From NCBI GenBank assembly GCA_031429075.1, contig JANOYW010000028.1:14205-78204 (forward strand): a DNA stretch of 64,000 nt, in the 5' to 3' direction. Shown in pieces: positions 47,185-55,866 of the stretch; position 1 is the first letter of the stretch; each line of letters begins with the position of its first letter. Source of the stretch: Bdellovibrionales bacterium. Lineage in GTDB: Bacteria > Bdellovibrionota > Bdellovibrionia > Bdellovibrionales > JAGQZY01. The position numbers and the translations under genes are program-made. Under the pieces are notes generated by a model, which was given only the letters and a program-made list of their open reading frames with translations, was not told the origin of the DNA and did not search any database.

Positions 47185-48396
47185 ATGAAGCTGTCCCACA
47201 AAAAAAAGATCGCCCTCGTCCTTAGTGGGGGTGGCATTAAGGCTGCCGCGTTTCACATCGGCGCCTGTCTTGCTCTTAAAGAAAAGGGATTCAAATTTGC
47301 GGGCGGAACTAAAGAAGAAGTTTCGGCCAAATATGGCAGTGACGAGCTCACTATTAAATTTTATGTAGGCTCTAGCGCAGGTTCCGTGATCAGTACTTTT
47401 TTGGCTGCGGGCTATTCACTCAACTCCATCATTCATGCGTTTGAACAGGGATCCACTGAACTTTCCGATGGCTTAAAATCCGAAAAACCTTTCGATGAAG
47501 ATTTGAGCCCCCTCACCTATCGGGATATTTTTTCGATCAACGCCAAAGAGATGCTGCAAATTGTTCCGAACCTTTTTAAAAATCGCGGCACCTCCATTGT
47601 GACTGGGGGCCTGGAAGTTCTTTTAAAAAACGGCCTGCGATTGAATGGTTTATTCTCGACCAAGGGCCTGGAAAAATATATTCGTAACGAAGTTTGGAAG
47701 AGCAACACTTTTACCGACTTGGGCGTGGACTTATACATTGTGGCCACTCAGCTCAATCAAAGCCGCAAGGTGATTTTTTGCGCGAAAGATGAGTTGTCGA
47801 AAGACCACTCCATTCTTTACGCCAATTACGCCAGTGTGAGTGATGCCGTTGCTGCATCGGCTGCCCTTCCCCCTGCCTTTTCTCCCTACCCCATTAAAAA
47901 TTCAGATGGCCAGGATATTTATTTTTTCGACGGTGAAATCCGCGATACACTCTCATCTCACGTGCCGGTGGACCATGGCGCCGACCTTGTGATCGCAAGC
48001 TACTCCATTCAACCCTACAATTACAATAAAACCATGGGCAGTCTGCATGAGTATGGAATCCCCGTGATTTTAAACCAAGCCTTGTACCAAGTTGTTCAAC
48101 AAAAAATTGAAAATGCCATTCGAGCCCGAAAGTCTATCGAAACCATTTATAAAGCCGTCGATGGATATTTGAAGCAAGTTGATATTGCCGATGAACACCG
48201 ACAAAAACTTTTGGAAATTATCGCCGAACGGGCAAACTTTAAACCCAACACGGATTACATTTATATCCATCCGCACGCGCAAGACTACAAAACATTTTTC
48301 GCCGATCACTTCAGCTTAAATCCACAAATATTAAAAGATCTTGTCCAGTCGGGTTTCCGCTCAGCGCTTTATGCTTTAAGAAAATGGGATATTTAG
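47185..48396 (+). CDS. Patatin-like phospholipase
   Basis: Oxyanion LSGGGIKAAAFHIG, nucleophile elbow GSSAGS, catalytic Asp context FFDGEIRD. No signal peptide from ATG 47185. Confidence 0.8.
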   Translation: MKLSHKKKIALVLSGGGIKAAAFHIGACLALKEKGFKFAGGTKEEVSAKYGSDELTIKFYVGSSAGSVISTFLAAGYSLNSIIHAFEQGSTELSDGLKSEKPFDEDLSPLTYRDIFSINAKEMLQIVPNLFKNRGTSIVTGGLEVLLKNGLRLNGLFSTKGLEKYIRNEVWKSNTFTDLGVDLYIVATQLNQSRKVIFCAKDELSKDHSILYANYASVSDAVAASAALPPAFSPYPIKNSDGQDIYFFDGEIRDTLSSHVPVDHGADLVIASYSIQPYNYNKTMGSLHEYGIPVILNQALYQVVQQKIENAIRARKSIETIYKAVDGYLKQVDIADEHRQKLLEIIAERANFKPNTDYIYIHPHAQDYKTFFADHFSLNPQILKDLVQSGFRSALYALRKWDI

Positions 48397-48417
48397 TCCC
48401 CTCATAAATACTTCCCT

Positions 48418-49908
48418 CTACAAAGAATAAAAAACGGCGTTTTTTACAAAAGAATAGAGTGGGTAGGAAAATATCCCAAACAGAATCATTACGACGGCCA
48501 TCACTAACGAAACCGACTGAGTGAGATAAGCTTGTTTGGAGGGGCGAAGTGTTCCTCCATCATACATGTACATCGTAACGATAGGACGCAGGTAAAAATA
48601 AACTCCCATAGCCGAAGCAACCATGGCCATTACGCCCAACCAAAAATAACCTTGGTTCATGGTGGCAGCGATTAAATAAAATTTACCGAAAAATCCCAAT
48701 GTCGGTGGCAGGCCTGCCAGACTGAGTAATAAAACAGACAGGGAAAACGCCGTTAGGGGTGCGCGTTTCGCAAGACCTTTAATATCATCAATCAAGAGAA
48801 TGCTATCGGCCTTACTCTCTAAGGACGAAACGATAGAGAGGGAGCCAATGGTCATTAATATATAAGTGAGAAGATAAAATAGCATACTGGTTGTGCCTTC
48901 TTCGGAAGAGGCGCCAAAGCTGGCTGCGATCAGACCCATAAGAGCATAACCCGAGTGGGCGATGCTTGAATAAGCCAACATTCGCTTAATATTTTCTTGG
49001 CGAAGAGCTGCAACACTTCCGCCGATCATTGTGATGACCGCTAACCACTGTAGTACGTAGACAAGGTTCGATTTTTCGATGGCCTCTGTGTAAAGAAAAA
49101 GACGCAAGAAAGCGATGAAACTTGCCAGCTTCACGCCCGTTGCCATTAAGGTTGTCACAGGAGTCGCGCTGCCTTGGTAAACATCGGGAGCCCAGCCATG
49201 AAATGGAATGAGCGAAACTTTAAAGCCCATGCCCGCCACAAGCAGGCCCATGCCCACTAAGAACAGGCGATTCGTGAGGAGCAGTTCTCCGCTGCGAGCT
49301 CCGATTTCCTGAAGAACTGTCGTTCCTGTTGTTCCAAAAATAAAAGCCACGCCGTACAAAAATATGGCGGAGCCAACGGCGCCGAGTACAAAATATTTAA
49401 AGGAGGCTTCTTTAGAAAGAACTTGTTCTTTGCTTAATGCGATCAAAAGGTAGATTGATAGCGACATCAGCTCGATAGCAATAAATGTGATGAGTAGGTT
49501 GTTTGCCATAGTCACCAAAATCATACCCACAACAGAGTTCAAAACTAAAAAGATATGCTCCGAAAACTGATAGTCTTTTGTAGAGCTGTTTTCATAAAGC
49601 TGCATCAAAACAAAACCGGCAACCACATAGAGCACGTAGGCACTCCAAACAGAGATGCCGTCAACAATCAGGCCATTAGAGAAGGCTGTTAGAAAATTCA
49701 TGTTGGAAAGTTTCCAATAGCCACTCACTAAAGAAATGTTCAATCCGGCCGCTGAGACGACACCAACAATGGACCATACTAAAGACACAAAGGGATTCAT
49801 CTCTCGCCCACGAAAGGCTTTGACCGAGATGGGCACAAGGCTGGCAAGAAAAAGAACCACGAGGGGGCTGATGACAATGAGATCTGCGGGGTTAAACGTA
49901 TTTAACAT
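48418..49908 (-). CDS. nuoN: NADH-quinone oxidoreductase subunit N
   Basis: About 14 TM helices with an antiporter-like pattern (LAYSSIAHSGY). Last gene of the nuo cluster. Confidence 0.9.
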   Translation of the reverse strand: MLNTFNPADLIVISPLVVLFLASLVPISVKAFRGREMNPFVSLVWSIVGVVSAAGLNISLVSGYWKLSNMNFLTAFSNGLIVDGISVWSAYVLYVVAGFVLMQLYENSSTKDYQFSEHIFLVLNSVVGMILVTMANNLLITFIAIELMSLSIYLLIALSKEQVLSKEASFKYFVLGAVGSAIFLYGVAFIFGTTGTTVLQEIGARSGELLLTNRLFLVGMGLLVAGMGFKVSLIPFHGWAPDVYQGSATPVTTLMATGVKLASFIAFLRLFLYTEAIEKSNLVYVLQWLAVITMIGGSVAALRQENIKRMLAYSSIAHSGYALMGLIAASFGASSEEGTTSMLFYLLTYILMTIGSLSIVSSLESKADSILLIDDIKGLAKRAPLTAFSLSVLLLSLAGLPPTLGFFGKFYLIAATMNQGYFWLGVMAMVASAMGVYFYLRPIVTMYMYDGGTLRPSKQAYLTQSVSLVMAVVMILFGIFSYPLYSFVKNAVFYSL

Positions 49909-49910
49909 GG

Positions 49911-51458
49911 TTATTCTCTCGTCTCTGCTGATTCTACCGCAGCTTCTGCACCGTAGATGTTCAACTGATAATTGCTCTTGTTCTCAATAAAATGTCGAAT
50001 GGACGCGTCGCTGTAACTGAGAAAATGTTGAGGAAAAATTCCCATCCAGAAAATAAGAATTACAATCGGTGTTAAAACCAATCCTTCGCGCAAATTTAAA
50101 TCCTGCATTTCTGGATGTTTAACAACCGTCTCGCCCTTTTCACCGAAGAAAACCTTTTTCACCATCCACAACATGTAGGCTGCACCCAGGATAACTCCCG
50201 AAACAGCTAAGGCGGCGATCCACTTGTTGTAACTGAAGGTTCCAATAAGAACTAAAAATTCACCTACAAAACCATTGGTCATTGGTACGGCAATACTTGA
50301 AAAAGTGATGATCAAGAAGAAGATGGCATAAATCGGCATGGCTGTTGCGAGTCCACCATACTTCGCAATTTCACGAGTGTGTGTGCGCTCGTAAATCATA
50401 CCAACTAGCAAAAACAAACCACCCGTACTCACGCCGTGCGCGAGCATTTGGTAAAGTCCACCCGTAAGACCGTAGGTGTTCAACACAAAAAGACCTAAAA
50501 TAACATAGCCCATATGTGACACTGAAGAGTAGGCCACTAGTTTTTTTACATCCACCTGAACCATGGCCACAAGGGCGCCGTAAATGATTCCAATAATTCC
50601 CACGGCGATAAATAAAAAACCCCAATAGGCCGCTGCTTCGGGAAATAGGGGAAGTACAAAACGCACAAAACCGTAAGTTCCCATCTTTAGCATGACTCCG
50701 GCAAGAATCACCGAGCCTGCAGTGGGCGCTTGAACGTGGGCATCTGGCAACCACGTGTGCAGAGGGAACACCGGAACTTTAATGGCGAACGCACCGGCGA
50801 AGGCGAAGAACAACAATGTTTGCGGAGTAAAAAAGTCACCCTCTACAAAGGGAATGGAGAGCTGGTAAAAATCCATAATGCTCGCACTATAATAACCGAG
50901 CTGCGCACGACATTGAAGAATGAGGTAAACAATAGCGGCCAACATAAAAACCGAGCCGGCCATGGTGTAAATAAAAAATTTGTACGTCGCATAGATGCGA
51001 TTTTCGCCACCCCAAATACCGATCATAAAATACATCGGAACTAAAGACAGCTCGAAGAAAAGATAAAATAATATGCTGTCGAGGGAGAGGAACGATCCCA
51101 AAACGGCCGACTGAAGAACAAATAAGGCGATATGATAGCCTTTTACTTTTTGATCAATGGCATTCCAGCTAGCCCCGATAACAAGCGGAGTCAGAAGAGT
51201 TGTTAGAACAACCAAAAGTAACGACCAACCATCCACACCCAGATAATAAGCAATGCCATAATCAGGCAGCCAGTTAGCGTACTCGACCAGTTGTAGATCC
51301 GGGCTGCTTTTATCAAAAAGCTTTAATAAAAAAAGACTTTCAATAAAGAGAGCGACGCCACTCACCAGAGACACCCAACGAACGATTTTATCGTCGTTGA
51401 TAAATAGCAGCACAAAGGCCACGACAAGAGGTAATAAAATCAAACTTGATAAAAACAT
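49911..51458 (-). CDS. nuoM: NADH-quinone oxidoreductase subunit M
   Basis: HTWLPDAHVQAPTAGSVILAGVMLKMG and LVAYSSVSHMG, typical of NuoM/ND4. Confidence 0.92.
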   Translation of the reverse strand: MFLSSLILLPLVVAFVLLFINDDKIVRWVSLVSGVALFIESLFLLKLFDKSSPDLQLVEYANWLPDYGIAYYLGVDGWSLLLVVLTTLLTPLVIGASWNAIDQKVKGYHIALFVLQSAVLGSFLSLDSILFYLFFELSLVPMYFMIGIWGGENRIYATYKFFIYTMAGSVFMLAAIVYLILQCRAQLGYYSASIMDFYQLSIPFVEGDFFTPQTLLFFAFAGAFAIKVPVFPLHTWLPDAHVQAPTAGSVILAGVMLKMGTYGFVRFVLPLFPEAAAYWGFLFIAVGIIGIIYGALVAMVQVDVKKLVAYSSVSHMGYVILGLFVLNTYGLTGGLYQMLAHGVSTGGLFLLVGMIYERTHTREIAKYGGLATAMPIYAIFFLIITFSSIAVPMTNGFVGEFLVLIGTFSYNKWIAALAVSGVILGAAYMLWMVKKVFFGEKGETVVKHPEMQDLNLREGLVLTPIVILIFWMGIFPQHFLSYSDASIRHFIENKSNYQLNIYGAEAAVESAETRE

Positions 51459-51465
51459 TTCTTCC

Positions 51466-53397
51466 TCACACCATCAGGAGTAATAGGGTCGCAACCACGC
51501 CAACAACGATCATCAAAGTGTAGGACTGTAGCTGACCCGTTTGTAGGGATCGCAAACCTTCACCCGCGCTTTTAATAAAATCGGTTAGTTTATATGTCGA
51601 TCGATCAATGAATCCTATATCTGCTTTCGTCCATAGGATCCGCGAAAATTTAATCAGCGGCTGTATGAACGCAAGTTGATAAAACTCATCAATATAATAT
51701 TTGTTCGCAACAAGGTTGTGCAAAGGCCGCAACTTAGTGGCAAGAGTTACAGGAATGTTTGGTCTTAGCGCGTACATATAAAAGGCGATAAAAGCAGAAA
51801 TCGAAGCGAGCAATACACTGACCACCATCAAAGTCATTTCGAGACCAATAGAGCCGTGCTCAAGCCCCGGAATAGGACGAATCACCGGCTCTAACCAATG
51901 CTCTAAAATGTTTGACGGGTGACTTGGTAAAAACGTTGAGAGACCGTGCGGTACACCCAGCCAGCCGGCAAATACTGATAGTGCTGCGAGTACGATCAAT
52001 GGAATCGTCATGGTGGGAGGTGCTTCGTGGGGATGAGTCTCTTTTGGAACTCGAGAGCCTCCCCAAAAAGTCATCGCCATTAAACGTGTCATGTAAAAAG
52101 CCGTACAAATCGCAGCGACAACGGCGACTAACCATAGCATTGGACTTCCTTGTGGACTGTGAAAGGACATCCATAAAATTTCGTCTTTACTAAAAAATCC
52201 CGAAAAGAAGGGCGCGCCGATGATGGCAAGCCAACCACAAACAAACGTCCAATGGGTGATTGGTAAATACTTTTTGAGCCCGCCCATTTTACGCATGTCT
52301 TGCTCTTCGTGCATGGCATGGATCACACTGCCCGAGCCTAAAAACATAAGCGCTTTGAAAAAGGCGTGGGTCATTAAATGAAAGAAGCCCGCACCAAAAG
52401 CGCCCACTCCCACAGCTAAAAACATATATCCCAATTGTGAAACTGTGGAATAGGCCAGCACTTTTTTAATGTCGTTTTGTGCAATCCCCATTGTTGCCGC
52501 AAACAGTGCTGTTGCCGCACCAACAATGGCCACAACTGCCATAGCGTTTGGAGCAAGAAGAAATAAAGGGTTCAAACGAATGATCATATAGACACCCGCT
52601 GTCACCATGGTCGCTGCATGAATCAGCGCCGACACAGGAGTTGGGCCAGCCATGGCATCGGGAAGCCATACGTAGAGTGGAATCTGTGCGGACTTACCGG
52701 CAGCTCCCACAAAAAGAAACAAGCAGGCGAGAGTCATGGCGGCTGTCCAAGTTGTCTCTGCCGTCTCCGGCAGGACAGAAATTAATTGCGCGAAATCAAT
52801 GCTTCCAAAGGTAACAAAAAGCATAAAAATCCCAAGCAAAAATCCTGCGTCGCCGATTCGATTGGTAACAAACGCTTTCATGCCGGCAGCGGCTTTTGCT
52901 TTGTCCGTAAACCAAAAACCAATAAGAAGATACGAACACAGTCCAACACCTTCCCAGCCTACAAACATCAGGATGAGATTCGCTCCGAGAACAAGGAGGA
53001 GCATGTTGAAGATGAAGAGGTTCAGGTAACTGAAATATTTTGCGGGGCGCTCATCGTGCGACATATAGCCAACGCTAAACAAATGAATCAGCGATCCAAC
53101 TCCCGTGATAATCAGCACCATCAAAATGGAAAGTTGATCCACTACAAAAGCGACGGGGATATCCAATCCGCCCAAAGACAACCAAGTAAAATACTCAATG
53201 CGCAAACTTCGCTGGTCGGCGGGCAGGCCAACTAACTGACTAAAGAACATCACCGCAGCCGCAAACGAAACACCTACCGCTGTCGTGGCAATGGTGCCAG
53301 CAAGGACTCCATTTTGGCTGCGAAAGCGCAGTCCATTAATTAAAAAACCGACAACCGGCGATAACAATAAAAGTGCGAGTAAAACATGATTGGACAT
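51466..53397 (-). CDS. nuoL: NADH-quinone oxidoreductase subunit L
   Basis: VWLPDAMAGPTPVSALIHAATMVTAGVY and LAYSTVSQLGYM. 643 aa with a C-terminal amphipathic/TM extension typical of NuoL/ND5. Confidence 0.93.
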   Translation of the reverse strand: MSNHVLLALLLLSPVVGFLINGLRFRSQNGVLAGTIATTAVGVSFAAAVMFFSQLVGLPADQRSLRIEYFTWLSLGGLDIPVAFVVDQLSILMVLIITGVGSLIHLFSVGYMSHDERPAKYFSYLNLFIFNMLLLVLGANLILMFVGWEGVGLCSYLLIGFWFTDKAKAAAGMKAFVTNRIGDAGFLLGIFMLFVTFGSIDFAQLISVLPETAETTWTAAMTLACLFLFVGAAGKSAQIPLYVWLPDAMAGPTPVSALIHAATMVTAGVYMIIRLNPLFLLAPNAMAVVAIVGAATALFAATMGIAQNDIKKVLAYSTVSQLGYMFLAVGVGAFGAGFFHLMTHAFFKALMFLGSGSVIHAMHEEQDMRKMGGLKKYLPITHWTFVCGWLAIIGAPFFSGFFSKDEILWMSFHSPQGSPMLWLVAVVAAICTAFYMTRLMAMTFWGGSRVPKETHPHEAPPTMTIPLIVLAALSVFAGWLGVPHGLSTFLPSHPSNILEHWLEPVIRPIPGLEHGSIGLEMTLMVVSVLLASISAFIAFYMYALRPNIPVTLATKLRPLHNLVANKYYIDEFYQLAFIQPLIKFSRILWTKADIGFIDRSTYKLTDFIKSAGEGLRSLQTGQLQSYTLMIVVGVVATLLLLMV

Positions 53398-53406
53398 AAT
53401 TTATAC

Positions 53407-53712
53407 CTATCCGCGCAAATGCTCAAAAAAGCTAATGTTGAGTTCTTTGAATTTTTTAAACAGCATCACTGCCAAGGCAAGCCCAACGCCAGCTTCTGCC
53501 GCGGCGATAGCCATAACAAATAATACAATCACTTGCCCATCGAGGTTTTGATTAAAGTGTGAAAACGTCACGAAGGTGAGGTTGACCGCGTTGAGCATAA
53601 GTTCAATGGACATCAACATAACAATCATATTTCTTCGCAGTAAAATTCCCGACAGTCCTAAACAAAACAAGATGGCAGAAACAATAAGATAGTGTTCTGT
53701 CCCGATCATCAT
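53407..53712 (-). CDS. nuoK: NADH-quinone oxidoreductase subunit K
   Basis: MMIGTEHYLIVSAILFCLGLSGILLRRN...SIELMLNAVNL...AAAEAGVGLA. ATG 53712 lies 1 nt after the nuoJ stop. Confidence 0.9.
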   Translation of the reverse strand: MMIGTEHYLIVSAILFCLGLSGILLRRNMIVMLMSIELMLNAVNLTFVTFSHFNQNLDGQVIVLFVMAIAAAEAGVGLALAVMLFKKFKELNISFFEHLRG

Positions 53713-53713
53713 A

Positions 53714-54226
53714 TTAACGGTCATGGGTCCCTCCGCGAATTCGTGAAAGTGCCACAACTCCAACCGGAATCACCAAGAGCAAAACGCCCAGGAGTTCAAA
53801 GGCCAGCACATATTTTGTAAATAATAGCTTCGCGATATCAATCACCTCGTAAGCTTCGTAGGTGACGCTTCGCTGAAGTGACTGCGGAGTCCGAAGAATG
53901 ATCGAAGTTAATAAGCCCGATAACACACCAACCGATAAACCTTTAGTAAGTGCAGAAATATTTCCACCACTAAATTTTTCGTCGTCCTTGTTGGTGTCGA
54001 TTAACATTAGCACTAAAACAAACAGCACCATGACCGCACCTGCGTAAACCATGATCTGCACAGCGCCAACGAAGGGAGCCTGTAAAAGAAAAAACAAACC
54101 GGCAACACCCAACATCGAAAGCACCAAGTGGAGCGCACAGAGAAGTGGATTTTCGTGCATCACGACTCCCACTGCCGCTGCGACCGTTGCCGCCGCCAAA
54201 AAGTAAAACAAAACAATCTCTGCCAT
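53714..54226 (-). CDS. nuoJ: NADH-quinone oxidoreductase subunit J
   Basis: NPLLCALHLVLSMLGVAGLFFLLQAPFVGAVQIMVYAGAVMVLF, typical of NuoJ/ND6. ATG 54226 lies 1 nt after the nuoH stop. Confidence 0.88.
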   Translation of the reverse strand: MAEIVLFYFLAAATVAAAVGVVMHENPLLCALHLVLSMLGVAGLFFLLQAPFVGAVQIMVYAGAVMVLFVLVLMLIDTNKDDEKFSGGNISALTKGLSVGVLSGLLTSIILRTPQSLQRSVTYEAYEVIDIAKLLFTKYVLAFELLGVLLLVIPVGVVALSRIRGGTHDR

Positions 54227-54227
54227 C

Positions 54228-55385
54228 TTACACCGCACTTCCTGCCATTAATATGAGATACGCTGTTGCGAGAACATTCGCCAAGGACCACGGAAGCATT
54301 GTCTTCCATCCCAGATCCATGAGTTGATCATAACGAAATCGCGGCAATGTCCATCGCACCCAAATAAAAACCCAAAGAAAAAACAAAATCTTCAACAACA
54401 TCACAACGTGCATCACCAGCGCTGCCATCACATTGCCAAGATTGACCGAGCTAAAAGCGCCGCGAACCGCGCTCGTTAGAGAGTCCGACAAAGAAAACGG
54501 AAGTTCATAGCCGCCAAAGTAAAACGTCACCATCACGGCAGAGGCCACCATCATGTGCCCGTACTCGCCGATGTAAAACAGAAGCATTTTGAGGCCGCCA
54601 TACTCGGTGTGATATCCGGCGACCAACTCTCCTTCGGCCTCCGGCAAGTCAAACGGTAACCGATTGGTCTCGGCAAAGGCTGCCGTTGCAAATAAAAGAA
54701 ATCCAAGGGGTTGATAAAAAATTCCCCAATTTGGCAAAAACGGAATTAAAATTTCTTTGCCAAAAAACATAAAATGCAAAGGACCTTTTTGCAGCTCGAT
54801 CATGTTGGAAAAATTAAGTGTCTGATACAACATCAACATTCCAACAAGCGACAATCCCATGGCCAATTCGTAGCTAATCATCTGGGCACTGGCTCTGAGT
54901 GCACCAAACAATGAATACTTGTTATTAGATCCCCAGCCCGCCAGTAAAAGCGCGTAGGCTCCTAATGATGAAATTGCGAGGATAAAAAGAATTCCTATAT
55001 CGAGATCGTAGCTTTGAAATTTAAAAGTGTAAGGCCCCCATTCGGAACCAAACATTTGGAAGGGCTGAATATCAATTGGCATTGAGAGGGGGATTCCACC
55101 AAACGCAATGGCCCCTGGTACTAAAGCTAAAACTGGGGCCGCATAATAAAGAAGCGCGTGGCTCTTGGGCGGAACAAATTCTTCTTTAAATAAAAACTTA
55201 ACTGCATCCGCCAACAATTGTGTGAGACCAAGGGGTCCCACGCGATTTGGTCCAAAACGATTTTGAATAAATGCTGATCCTCGTCGCTCCACCCAAACCA
55301 GAATGGGGACGAGTTGTACCATCAATAAAAAGATGGCGAGCATTTTTATAACATTGACTGTAATTTCAAAAACATCCGATCCCAT
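54228..55385 (-). CDS. nuoH: NADH-quinone oxidoreductase subunit H
   Basis: WVERRGSAFIQNRFGPNRVGPLGLTQLLADAVK and AETNRLPFDLPEAEGELVAGYHTEY, typical of NuoH/ND1. Confidence 0.93.
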   Translation of the reverse strand: MGSDVFEITVNVIKMLAIFLLMVQLVPILVWVERRGSAFIQNRFGPNRVGPLGLTQLLADAVKFLFKEEFVPPKSHALLYYAAPVLALVPGAIAFGGIPLSMPIDIQPFQMFGSEWGPYTFKFQSYDLDIGILFILAISSLGAYALLLAGWGSNNKYSLFGALRASAQMISYELAMGLSLVGMLMLYQTLNFSNMIELQKGPLHFMFFGKEILIPFLPNWGIFYQPLGFLLFATAAFAETNRLPFDLPEAEGELVAGYHTEYGGLKMLLFYIGEYGHMMVASAVMVTFYFGGYELPFSLSDSLTSAVRGAFSSVNLGNVMAALVMHVVMLLKILFFLWVFIWVRWTLPRFRYDQLMDLGWKTMLPWSLANVLATAYLILMAGSAV

Positions 55386-55388
55386 GGT

Positions 55389-55754
55389 CTATTCCCAATC
55401 CAGCGCTTTCGCTTTTATCTCCCAGAGCAACCCAAAAACAAACAGACCGATAAAAACAAATAGCTCCCAAAACATGAAAGCTCCTTGGCCAGCGTCGACG
55501 AAGTCGCGATAAGCAACGGCCCACGGGTACAGAAACAAAATTTCGATATCAAACATGATAAATAAAATGGCGGTTAAATAAAAACGAATGGAGACGTTGG
55601 TTTTTTTGGTTTCTTGTCCCGGCAGTCCGCACTCGTAGGGCATATATTTGGCTGCCGTTTTTTTCTTTTTGGGGCCCAATAGTGAAGCCACATAAACAAG
55701 CAGTGTTCCGAAAGTTCCGACCATGAGAGCCAGTACTAAAATAGGCAAAATCAT
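55389..55754 (-). CDS. nuoA: NADH-quinone oxidoreductase subunit A
   Basis: YECGLPG...RFYLTAILFIMFDIEILFLYPWA, typical of NuoA/ND3. Its stop lies 3 nt before the nuoH ATG. Confidence 0.9.
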   Translation of the reverse strand: MILPILVLALMVGTFGTLLVYVASLLGPKKKKTAAKYMPYECGLPGQETKKTNVSIRFYLTAILFIMFDIEILFLYPWAVAYRDFVDAGQGAFMFWELFVFIGLFVFGLLWEIKAKALDWE

Positions 55755-55866
55755 AAATCACACTCCGCCGTGTTTTTTACTTAGTTTTTACTTTTTGTGT
55801 CTCCTTAGTAAGTAACTGAAGTCTTTATAAAATTCGAGCCCTTTTTGTATCTTTTTAGCGATTATT

